Shown here: one piece after another, positions 56,451-64,000 of the stretch | Position numbering within the stretch: the stretch's first letter is position 1 | Layout of the letters: every line of letters starts with the position of its first letter | DNA from: Candidatus Daviesbacteria bacterium | GTDB lineage: Bacteria; Patescibacteriota; Microgenomatia; Daviesbacterales; UBA10151 | Direction: 5' to 3' | Assembly (NCBI GenBank): GCA_028687915.1 | Contig: JAQTZF010000001.1 | Coordinates: forward strand, 418,634 to 482,633 | Length of the DNA: 64,000 nt | The notes under the pieces: model-generated | What the model saw: the letters and a program-made list of their open reading frames with translations, nothing else | Databases searched by the model: none | Told to the model about the DNA's origin: nothing | Program-made: the position numbers and the translations under genes

Positions 56451-57955
56451 TGTATAGTATGAAATTTAGATATAGAAAAAAATTAATATGGGGATCTCTT
56501 TTAGTAATAGTGTGTATTTTTATCTGGTCTTTTTTTACTTATCGAATAACAGAAGTTCCACCTGGTATTAATTCCGATGAAGCAGCAATAGGATATAATG
56601 CTCTTTTAATATCTCGTACCCTTTATGATGAAAACAATCGTTTTCTACCGGTCTTTACTTTGACTCTTGATAAAAAAGATTGGAAACAGCCAATCACGCT
56701 TTATTCAACAGCTTTAGCATTTCGTATATTTGGACCTTCGTATGAATTACTTCGAGGGGTTAGCGTTGTTTTTATAATTATTAGTTTTGTTTTATTGTTT
56801 TTTTTACTAAAAGAGTTGTTCGATTTAAAAGCTACAATACTTGGCTTAGTGGTTTTTATCACAACACCGATTCTTATGATCCAATCTCATTTAGCTTTGG
56901 AAAATATCGCCCCAGTGCCTTTTATTGTTTTTTGGTTACTGATGATTTTAAAATACCAAAAAACACAACATTTAAAATACCTACTTTTAGCTGGATTTAC
57001 TCTAGGATTGAGTTTTTATTCTTATAATGCAATGCGGCTAATTATACCCGTACTTACTATTTTGACTGTTAGCTATATTTTTTATATTAAAAGAAAAATG
57101 GATCTCAGTAAGGTACTTATTCCCGAGATATATTTTCTTGTTGGCATTACACCTTTTGTAATTATATTGCCTTGGCTAAATACTGCTTATCCTGGTGCAA
57201 TTTTGGGTAGCGGCCGTCCAGCTGAGATTATTTCTTATCAGCAGTTTTTAGCACCTTATTTATCAACTTTTGACCTATCGTTTTTATATCTTAAGGGAGA
57301 TGTTACTTTATTTCATTCAACCGGGAACCAGGGTATGTTTCTATTGGCAACATTACCAATATTCTTTTTAGGATGTTTTAAGGCAATACAAAGTAAGAAA
57401 CCATTCTTTATTTTTGTATTATTAGTATTTTTTTTATCACCCATTTTGTTCGGTTTGGTGGAATCAGTCTATAGAGCGAGTAGGCTTTTAGTTTTATTAC
57501 CACCATATGTTGTTATTTCAGCATTAGGAATATGTAGTTTATTTGAGAAAAAGAGGTATCTTTTTAAGTATGTTTTTACAATGCTAGTGCTATTTTTAAT
57601 ATTCTTAAATTTTCTGGATTTTATTAATGATTATTGGTTTAGCTATCCTTTAAGGGTAAAACAGACTTTTCCTAGTACAGCTCACATAAGCTTTAGGAAA
57701 CTATATGATCAATCTCGTAGATCAGGTTTAGAGCCAGTAGTTCAGTTAGATATTTTTCTAAAAGAAAACATTTCTGCACAATTTTTTCGACAGTTATACT
57801 TTCCTGATGCATTGATTTTGTGGAAACGTGAAGAGGTTTTGCCATCAAAAGCTGTTTTACTAGTGAATTCTATGGACTTGTCGTTTTCTCAAAAAGCAGT
57901 TTTAAATAAGGTTAATACTAAAATGCAGGATTATGATTTATGGGAAACAAAATAA
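56450..57955 (+). CDS. ArnT/PMT-like membrane glycosyltransferase, paralog family B
   Basis: 501 aa. GINSDEAAIGYNALLISRT...NRFLPVF...YSTALAFRIFGPSYELLRGVS is present. Its start shares the last base of the upstream stop codon. Confidence 0.65.
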   Translation: MYSMKFRYRKKLIWGSLLVIVCIFIWSFFTYRITEVPPGINSDEAAIGYNALLISRTLYDENNRFLPVFTLTLDKKDWKQPITLYSTALAFRIFGPSYELLRGVSVVFIIISFVLLFFLLKELFDLKATILGLVVFITTPILMIQSHLALENIAPVPFIVFWLLMILKYQKTQHLKYLLLAGFTLGLSFYSYNAMRLIIPVLTILTVSYIFYIKRKMDLSKVLIPEIYFLVGITPFVIILPWLNTAYPGAILGSGRPAEIISYQQFLAPYLSTFDLSFLYLKGDVTLFHSTGNQGMFLLATLPIFFLGCFKAIQSKKPFFIFVLLVFFLSPILFGLVESVYRASRLLVLLPPYVVISALGICSLFEKKRYLFKYVFTMLVLFLIFLNFLDFINDYWFSYPLRVKQTFPSTAHISFRKLYDQSRRSGLEPVVQLDIFLKENISAQFFRQLYFPDALILWKREEVLPSKAVLLVNSMDLSFSQKAVLNKVNTKMQDYDLWETK

Positions 57956-59346
57956 TGAATAAAAAAACATGGTTTTGGGTTCTGGTGTTATTTTTTGTAG
58001 CTGCTTTTTTTCGAATATTTTTTTTCGATTTAATTGAATTTAAGACTGATGAAGCAATTACTGTTTTTCAAACGGTTCAGTTTTACCTGGATCCCCATAT
58101 AATTCAAAGAGGGTTAATATCTGGTATCGGTGTATATAATTTTCCTTTATTTAATTACTTGGTAATTATTTTATCTGTTTTTTCCCGTAATCCAGAGCAC
58201 ATTAGTTTTGTAATAGCTTTAATAAATACATTATTGGTGCCTATTTTCTTCTTAATTATAAGAAGATACTATGATCAGGTAACTGCTGTATTTGCTTCCT
58301 TGTTGTTAGCGTTTTCTCCTTGGGCAATTATTTATTCACGTAAAATTTGGGCTCAGGATTTAATCTTGCTATTACTTATCCCATTTTTTGCATTATTACA
58401 CGAACTAATTCTTAGGAAAAAGAGTCAAATGACTATGCCAATATTTATTATCCTGGTTTTATTAAGTCAGCTGCATGCATCTGGAATATTTTTGTCTGCG
58501 GCTACTATTTTAATAATTATTCTTTTGCGGGTTAAAATTAATTTTTGGCAGGCTTTAATAGGGATACTAATTGGTTCTATTGTAGCTATACCATATATTG
58601 TTTTTCAACTAACATCAAATCCGCAATGTCCTGATTGTGAAGCATTTTTTAAATACCAAAGCTCTGCTCGCTCATTTGATATTTATAACCTGATCCGCCC
58701 ATTTCAACTGATGAATGGACAAGGATATCACTTTGTTTTAGGGGATAGTTATGATGGATTTATAGCTTCGTTTTCACTGCTAAAGTATTTAAAATATTTC
58801 TTCTTATCGAGCTTTATAATTCCTTTTATAGGAATATTTTTTATCATAACTAAAAAGCGAGAATATCTATTTTTAGTTATGTATTTAGTTATAATTCCAC
58901 CACTTTATTTTGTAACCAGAACAATACCCTATATGCATTATTTTGTGATTTTAATTCCAATAATTGTCACAGTATATGCGCTCTCATTTAGTAGTATCTT
59001 TAATTTATTGAAAGCAAGGCTGTTAAAATCATTAGTAATAGTATCATTTGGAGTGTTTATTAGTGTAAATATAGTTTTTGTGTATTGTTTTTATCAGTAT
59101 TTGTCTATCGCTAAAGTAATTCAAGGGGATTACGGACCAATTTTTTCCTTAACTAAACAAACAGTAGACCAGAGACTTCAAGATTACCGGAATGTACAAT
59201 ATTATAATGAACTTCAAAGTTATACATATGTAATTTTAGGTTCAAAAGATTTTAATGCTAAATTGAGTAATTTTTTTGTCTATCATGGAGACACAGAGTT
59301 TGCTGCCTTAGAGCTAGAAAAACAGACAAAGGAAGTTTTTAAATAA
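57940..59346 (+). CDS. Polytopic membrane protein, GT-C-like, hypothetical
   Basis: 468 aa. EFKTDEAITVFQTVQF..IGVYNFPLFNYL is a DE-containing first loop. There is a 16-nt overlap with the upstream gene. Confidence 0.5.
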   Translation: MGNKIMNKKTWFWVLVLFFVAAFFRIFFFDLIEFKTDEAITVFQTVQFYLDPHIIQRGLISGIGVYNFPLFNYLVIILSVFSRNPEHISFVIALINTLLVPIFFLIIRRYYDQVTAVFASLLLAFSPWAIIYSRKIWAQDLILLLLIPFFALLHELILRKKSQMTMPIFIILVLLSQLHASGIFLSAATILIIILLRVKINFWQALIGILIGSIVAIPYIVFQLTSNPQCPDCEAFFKYQSSARSFDIYNLIRPFQLMNGQGYHFVLGDSYDGFIASFSLLKYLKYFFLSSFIIPFIGIFFIITKKREYLFLVMYLVIIPPLYFVTRTIPYMHYFVILIPIIVTVYALSFSSIFNLLKARLLKSLVIVSFGVFISVNIVFVYCFYQYLSIAKVIQGDYGPIFSLTKQTVDQRLQDYRNVQYYNELQSYTYVILGSKDFNAKLSNFFVYHGDTEFAALELEKQTKEVFK

Positions 59347-60977
59347 TGAAGATATATTTATGTATTATATTAATAATTGCTTTTTTTGTAAGGTTCATTA
59401 ACTTGGAGTCTGTTCCACCTGGTTTAGGTTGGGATGAAGTTAGCCATGGTTATAATGCTTATTCTATTTTAAAAACAGGGCATGATGAATGGGGACAATT
59501 TTTACCCATAGCTAATTTTCGTGCATATGGTGATTATCCGCTGCCTTTATATATGTATATTATGATGCCATTTATTTCGTTATTTGGTTTAAATGAATTC
59601 GCCATCCGTTTCCCATCTGCATTACTTGGGTCGCTTACAATATTAATAATTTATTTATTATCTAAGGAGATTTTTAAGAATGAAAAAACTGCTTTATTAT
59701 CTGCATTTTTGTTGGCATTATCTCCATGGGGAATTTTGCCAAGTCGTCAGGTTATACAATCAACCCCAGCAATTTTCTTTTTATCCTTAGGTTTTTGGTT
59801 GCTTATAAAAAGTATTTCATCAAGGGGTTTATATAGTGTCTTAGGTGCTATAAGTTTAGGATTATCTGCATATGCTTATCATAATACGAGGATTCTTGCA
59901 CCACTTTTACTAATATTTTTTGCTTTTCTTTTTAAAGACAAGATATTTATCAACGTAAAAAAATATGTATTATCTTTTTTAATAATTTGTATATTTTTTA
60001 TTCCACTTATTCCAATTATATTTTCCAGTGAAGGTTCTGCAAGAGCAAATTGGGTAAGTATAATTGATCAAGGTGCAATTAATTATCTTAATGAATCAAG
60101 AACGTTTTCAACATTACCGGATCCTTTACCTCGTTTAATTTTTAATCGGCCTGTGTATTTTATTTCAAAGTTTAGTTTAAATTATTTAGGATACTTCAAT
60201 CCTTTATATTTAGGATTTGAAGGCGGAACACATTATCAATTTAGTATTCCTCATTTTGGTATTGTTTATCCTGTAGAATTACCATTCTTTTATATAGGTT
60301 TAATAATCTTAATATTTAATGTTATTAAACTAGATAATAATAAAAGATTTATTCTGGGATGGTTGATACTTGCTCCTTTACCAGCTGCTGTTACCCGTGA
60401 TCCTTATCAGGTTATTAGAGCTTTTGCCATGATTACTCCGTATTATTTAATAGTTGGATATGGGTTAGTTGTTGTATTTGATTATTTGAAAGATAAATTT
60501 AAAATTTCTCAAAAGCTTTTAATTTCAATTTTCTTGTTATCAATTATAGTTTTATCTTTATTTTATTTACAAAACCTTTACTTTATTTATCCAAAAAAAT
60601 ATTCTTTTGCATGGCAATATGGATATAAAGAGGCTGTTCAATATATCCAGGATAATTCTTCCAAATATTCCAGAGTAGTAATTACAAAAAGATACGGTGA
60701 GCCACATGAATTTCTGCTTTTTTATTCAAAATATGATCCAAAAAGTTATCAAACTGACCCAAATCTAATAAGGTATGAGAAAAGCCAGTGGTTTTGGGTT
60801 GATAGGTTTAATAAGTTTGAGTTTATTAATGATTGGGAGATTAAAGAGAAGATGATTGGGGCAACCAATACGCTATTAGTTACCAGTCCTGGTAATTATC
60901 CTTTGGGCAGTAGGATTGTTAAAAGCATATATTTTTTGAATGGTGATAAAGCTTTTGATATAGTAGCTATAGATTAG
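59346..60977 (+). CDS. ArnT/PMT-like membrane glycosyltransferase, paralog family B
   Basis: 543 aa. GLGWDEVSHGYNAYSILKTGHDEWGQFLPIANFRAYGDYPLPLYMY...NEFAIRFPSALLG is present. It is about 40% identical by eye to the 61044 product. Confidence 0.65.
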   Translation: MKIYLCIILIIAFFVRFINLESVPPGLGWDEVSHGYNAYSILKTGHDEWGQFLPIANFRAYGDYPLPLYMYIMMPFISLFGLNEFAIRFPSALLGSLTILIIYLLSKEIFKNEKTALLSAFLLALSPWGILPSRQVIQSTPAIFFLSLGFWLLIKSISSRGLYSVLGAISLGLSAYAYHNTRILAPLLLIFFAFLFKDKIFINVKKYVLSFLIICIFFIPLIPIIFSSEGSARANWVSIIDQGAINYLNESRTFSTLPDPLPRLIFNRPVYFISKFSLNYLGYFNPLYLGFEGGTHYQFSIPHFGIVYPVELPFFYIGLIILIFNVIKLDNNKRFILGWLILAPLPAAVTRDPYQVIRAFAMITPYYLIVGYGLVVVFDYLKDKFKISQKLLISIFLLSIIVLSLFYLQNLYFIYPKKYSFAWQYGYKEAVQYIQDNSSKYSRVVITKRYGEPHEFLLFYSKYDPKSYQTDPNLIRYEKSQWFWVDRFNKFEFINDWEIKEKMIGATNTLLVTSPGNYPLGSRIVKSIYFLNGDKAFDIVAID

Positions 60978-61031
60978 ATATTCTGGGTATAACCGTCTCG
61001 ATTACATCTCGCGCTTGAAACTCTAGCGAGT

Positions 61032-61037
61032 TATAAT
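61032..61037 (+). promoter_or_regulatory. TATAAT -10 hexamer 6 nt upstream of ATG 61044 (leaderless-type)
   Basis: The sequence is gagtTATAATattaaaATG, preceded by an unusually GC-rich 35-nt segment (ccgtctcgattacatctcgcgcttgaaactctagcgag). Confidence 0.25.
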
Positions 61038-61043
61038 ATTAAA

Positions 61044-62675
61044 ATGAAGATAAAAGCCTCTTATCTTAGGTTGTTTGTAATTTCAATAATTTTTATTCTC
61101 GGATTATTTCTTAGATTAGTGAATATACAAGACGTTCCCCCTGGATTTAATGCTGATGAAGCAGCTTTGGGATATAATGCTTACTCAGTGTTGAATACAG
61201 GAAAAGACGAGTGGGGAGAGGCTTTTCCTTTAACATTTAAATCCTTTTCTGATTACAAACCTGGCCTTTACGTATATTTAGATATACCCTTTGTATGGCT
61301 TTTAGGGTTAAATGAGCTTGCTGTTAGGTTACCTTCAATCATTTTAGGTTCATTTTCAGTTATTTTAATCTATTTCCTTTCAAAGCAGTTTTTTAAAAAT
61401 GAATTAATTGCACTATCAAGTGCGTTTCTTTTAGCCATCTCTCCCTGGCATCTTCATTTTTCCAGAGGCGCTTGGGAAACAAATATTGCTACCTTTTTTA
61501 TGTTGCTAGGTATCTTTGCTTTTATTAAAGGGGTAGAAAAACAAAAATGGTTATATATTAGTGCTTTATCGATGGCTTTTGCCATGTATTCATACCAAAG
61601 CCAGCGTTTGATCATCCCTGTTATGGCTGTATTTCTAATTTTGTTTTACTGGAAAAAATTACTAGTTAAAAAAAATATGGGAGTAATTATTTTTGCAATT
61701 ATTATAATTATTCCTTTTATTTCTATCATGACAAGCCAAACTGGACTGGCAAGATTTCAAGGCATTTCTATTTTTTCTGATGTTGGACCACTAAACAGAA
61801 TTAATCAACTGAGGGGTGAAGATATGGATCCTAATAGCTTTACTGCTAAATTTTTTCATAATAAAGTTATAGAGTACAGTGATAATTTTTTAAGCCATTA
61901 TATGGATCATTTTTCATTTAATTTTCTTTTTCTAAATGGTGATCCACTTGGTAGAAATAAAGTTCCCAATACAGGGCAGTTTTATATGTTTGAAATAATT
62001 ACAATCTTATTGGGAATTTATCTTTTGTGCCGCAAGAGATTTAGCTATATTAGAATACTTTTAGTATGGATTTTAGTCGCACCTGTTGCCGCCTCGTTAA
62101 CTTATCAAACTCCACATGCACTAAGGGCAGAAAATATGGTAATTCCTCTTGCTTTGCTTTCTGGTTTGGGATTAGGGACATTGATCGAGAAAATTTGGCA
62201 ATTTAAAATGGGTATTAAATATATTAGCCTGTTTTTATTTGCTTTGATAATCACTTTTTTTGTAACAAGCTATTTGCATAATTATTATGTACATCTTCCA
62301 AAAGAGTATGCCTTGGAATGGGAACATGGCTTTTCTAAGATGGTACAGTATGTTTTAGAAAACCAGGATAAATATCAAAAGGTAGTAATTACCGATAGAT
62401 ATGACCAAGCATACATCCTGGTGCTTTTTTATTCTAAATATGATCCTGCTAAATATCAGCAAACAGAAAAAACTGTTGGAGATAATAAATTTGGGTTTTC
62501 CACCATCTCTGCTTTCGATAAATATGAATTTAGACCGATTGCAAAAGAAGAGATAGCTACAAATAAAGACACCTTGTTTATTGCAAGTAAGGATGAAGTT
62601 AATGAGGATGCTTCACAGCTGAAAGTGATTAATTTCCCCAATGTAACTCCAGTATTTAGAATATTTGGGAAGTAG
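61044..62675 (+). CDS. ArnT/PMT-like membrane glycosyltransferase, paralog family B
   Basis: 543 aa. GFNADEAALGYNAYSVLNTGKDEWGEAFPLTFKSFSDYKPGLYVY...NELAVRLPSIILG is present. Confidence 0.65.
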   Translation: MKIKASYLRLFVISIIFILGLFLRLVNIQDVPPGFNADEAALGYNAYSVLNTGKDEWGEAFPLTFKSFSDYKPGLYVYLDIPFVWLLGLNELAVRLPSIILGSFSVILIYFLSKQFFKNELIALSSAFLLAISPWHLHFSRGAWETNIATFFMLLGIFAFIKGVEKQKWLYISALSMAFAMYSYQSQRLIIPVMAVFLILFYWKKLLVKKNMGVIIFAIIIIIPFISIMTSQTGLARFQGISIFSDVGPLNRINQLRGEDMDPNSFTAKFFHNKVIEYSDNFLSHYMDHFSFNFLFLNGDPLGRNKVPNTGQFYMFEIITILLGIYLLCRKRFSYIRILLVWILVAPVAASLTYQTPHALRAENMVIPLALLSGLGLGTLIEKIWQFKMGIKYISLFLFALIITFFVTSYLHNYYVHLPKEYALEWEHGFSKMVQYVLENQDKYQKVVITDRYDQAYILVLFYSKYDPAKYQQTEKTVGDNKFGFSTISAFDKYEFRPIAKEEIATNKDTLFIASKDEVNEDASQLKVINFPNVTPVFRIFGK

Positions 62676-62686
62676 AATTTCAAAGT

Positions 62687-64000
62687 ATGAAATTAAAAAT
62701 TAAGATTTTATTTTTTTGTATAATTTTTTTAGCTCTAATCTTAAGAATATATAAAATAGACCAAATACCACCATCTATTTCCTGGGATGAGGCAGCTGTT
62801 GGCTACAATGCTTATACAATTGCTAATTGGGGTAAGGATGAGTGGGGAAAGACGTTTCCTTTAATTTTTACTTCTTTTGAAGATGATAAACATCCAGTAC
62901 ATATTTATTTTACAGCACTCTCCGTTAAGATTTTAGGATTATCAGATTTTAGTATGAGGCTACCAGCAGCTGTTTTTGGTATTTTAAATGTAATAGTTAT
63001 CTTTTATCTTGCGAGGCTCATCTTTTCGAGTTCTTTTGTTGGTTTAATTTCTGCATTATTTTTAGCTGTTTCTCCTTATTCTATTCAATTCTCAAGATTT
63101 AACCATGAAGCTAACTTTGCTTTATTTTTTTGGATGTTTGGTTTATTTTTATTTATTAGTGGAGTTAAGGGTAAAAGAAGACTACTACCTTTTGCTTTTT
63201 TAAGTTTTGGTACTTCTCTTTTTGCATACCATGCTTCAAAAGTTGTAGTACCACCCCTACTTATAATTTTGATTGCATTTTATTGGAGTGAACTATTTAA
63301 AGCAGGCAGGTATTTCTTAATCTCACTGATAATAATAGGTGTGTTTGGCCTTGTGATGATGCTTAATCCGCGATTATTAGGGGTAGCAAGGGTAAACCAG
63401 ACGTCTTTTGGTTCTGATGTGGTCCACAAGACTTTGCTCTATCAAAGGACAAACAACGAAATACTGGGGAGGCTTGAGGTTACATTCAATCAATATTTAC
63501 TGCACCTTGATCCAGGATATTTGTTTTTTACTGGTGGAGCAAATAAGAAGTTCTCTACTCAAGTAGTCGGCGAATTTTATAAGATTGATGCACCACTATT
63601 GGTTTTTGGATTCTTAGGATTATTATGGGGGATAGCTTTTAAGACTGGCAGACGAAAAATATTTTTAATCTTATTGGGATGGATAATTCTAGCACCTATC
63701 CCAGCAAGTTTAGTATCTGAAGCGCCTCATCCTGCCAGAGCACTGTTTATGATGGGAAGCTGGAATATGATTGCAGCATATGGCTTTTATGTAATAAGCA
63801 GGGCTTCCACAAAGCTACCTTATAAAATAATTGTTTCTGTAATTATTTTGTCTGTATTATCTATTCTCTTTTTCAATTATCTTACAGATTATTATAATAA
63901 TTATGCAAAAAGAGACTCCATTGATTGGCAGTATGGCATGAAGCAGATCGTAGAATATACGAAAGAAAACGACTCTTATAGGCAGATTTTTGTAACTGAT
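62687..64000 (+). CDS. ArnT/PMT-like membrane glycosyltransferase, paralog family B (3' end outside the window)
   Basis: This ORF is not in the supplied track because it runs off the window. ATG at 62687 opens MKLKIKILFF...ISWDEAAVGYNAYTIANWGKDEWGKTFPLIFTSFEDDKHPVHIYFTALSVKILGLSDFSMRLPAAVFG, and the frame stays open to nt 64000. Confidence 0.6.
   Translation, partial: MKLKIKILFFCIIFLALILRIYKIDQIPPSISWDEAAVGYNAYTIANWGKDEWGKTFPLIFTSFEDDKHPVHIYFTALSVKILGLSDFSMRLPAAVFGILNVIVIFYLARLIFSSSFVGLISALFLAVSPYSIQFSRFNHEANFALFFWMFGLFLFISGVKGKRRLLPFAFLSFGTSLFAYHASKVVVPPLLIILIAFYWSELFKAGRYFLISLIIIGVFGLVMMLNPRLLGVARVNQTSFGSDVVHKTLLYQRTNNEILGRLEVTFNQYLLHLDPGYLFFTGGANKKFSTQVVGEFYKIDAPLLVFGFLGLLWGIAFKTGRRKIFLILLGWIILAPIPASLVSEAPHPARALFMMGSWNMIAAYGFYVISRASTKLPYKIIVSVIILSVLSILFFNYLTDYYNNYAKRDSIDWQYGMKQIVEYTKENDSYRQIFVTD

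Noticed and set aside
61003-61030. GC-rich segment ccgtctcgattacatctcgcgcttgaaactctagcgag upstream of the 61044 gene, considered as a terminator or riboswitch-like hairpin
   Set aside because: Only a 5-bp stem (CTCGC/GCGAG) with a 13-nt loop can be drawn, and no T-run follows. That is too weak to call, although the local GC spike in an AT-rich spacer is odd.
1-64000. Searched for CRISPR arrays, tRNA/rRNA genes, IS elements, transposases and integrases
   Set aside because: There are no regularly spaced direct repeats. No intergenic gap is long or structured enough for a tRNA; the largest gaps are 394, 127 and 126 bp, with no GTTC/TPsiC-like arm signatures. No ORF has DDE transposase, integrase or recombinase motifs. 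The paralog duplications are at protein level only, with no long DNA-level repeats seen.
1-64000. Alternative genetic code (UGA=Gly/Trp as in some CPR or Mollicutes)
   Set aside because: RF2 is present and intact. Confident homologs (secA, ugd, gmd, ftsE) end at or contain no in-frame TGA requirement, and ORF boundaries are sensible under code 11.

Overview
This is a low-GC (~30%) bacterial window with compact, often overlapping genes. TGA, TAA and TAG all behave as stops in long intact ORFs, and an RF2 gene is present, so I read it as standard code 11. Gene content points to a reduced-genome lineage, possibly CPR/Patescibacteria-like, but that is inference: there is a truncated TsaB, no mobile elements, and no CRISPR, tRNA or rRNA.

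The first ~17 kb is mostly housekeeping:
- serS 3' end, ugd (TuaD-like UDP-glucose 6-dehydrogenase), galE and secA.
- tsaE, then a minus-strand prfB(RF2)-hyp-ftsE-ftsX-M23 peptidase operon.
- A truncated tsaB and a CAP-domain protein.
- Three low-complexity Pro/Ala/Thr-rich envelope proteins.

From ~17.5 kb to the window end (>46 kb) there is an extraordinary glycosylation super-locus:
- Nucleotide-sugar genes: RmlC-like, RmlD-like and Gmd.
- Seven small GT2 glycosyltransferases, several of them Dpm1-like polyprenyl-phosphate-sugar synthases, one fused to a GtrA domain.
- One GT4, a MOP/Wzx-like flippase and a YfhO-like protein.
- About 22 polytopic-membrane, GT-C-like (ArnT/PMT-type, DE-x-R/Y-A motif) glycosyltransferase paralogs in several subfamilies. 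They are nearly all co-directional with 4-30 bp overlaps.

An orphan 532-aa P-loop NTPase with a STAND/KAP-like Walker B sits between gmd and the first GT2 and is a candidate single-gene defense or regulatory module. Several transcription-unit starts have a TATAAT-like hexamer 5-7 nt upstream of the ATG, suggesting leaderless mRNAs.
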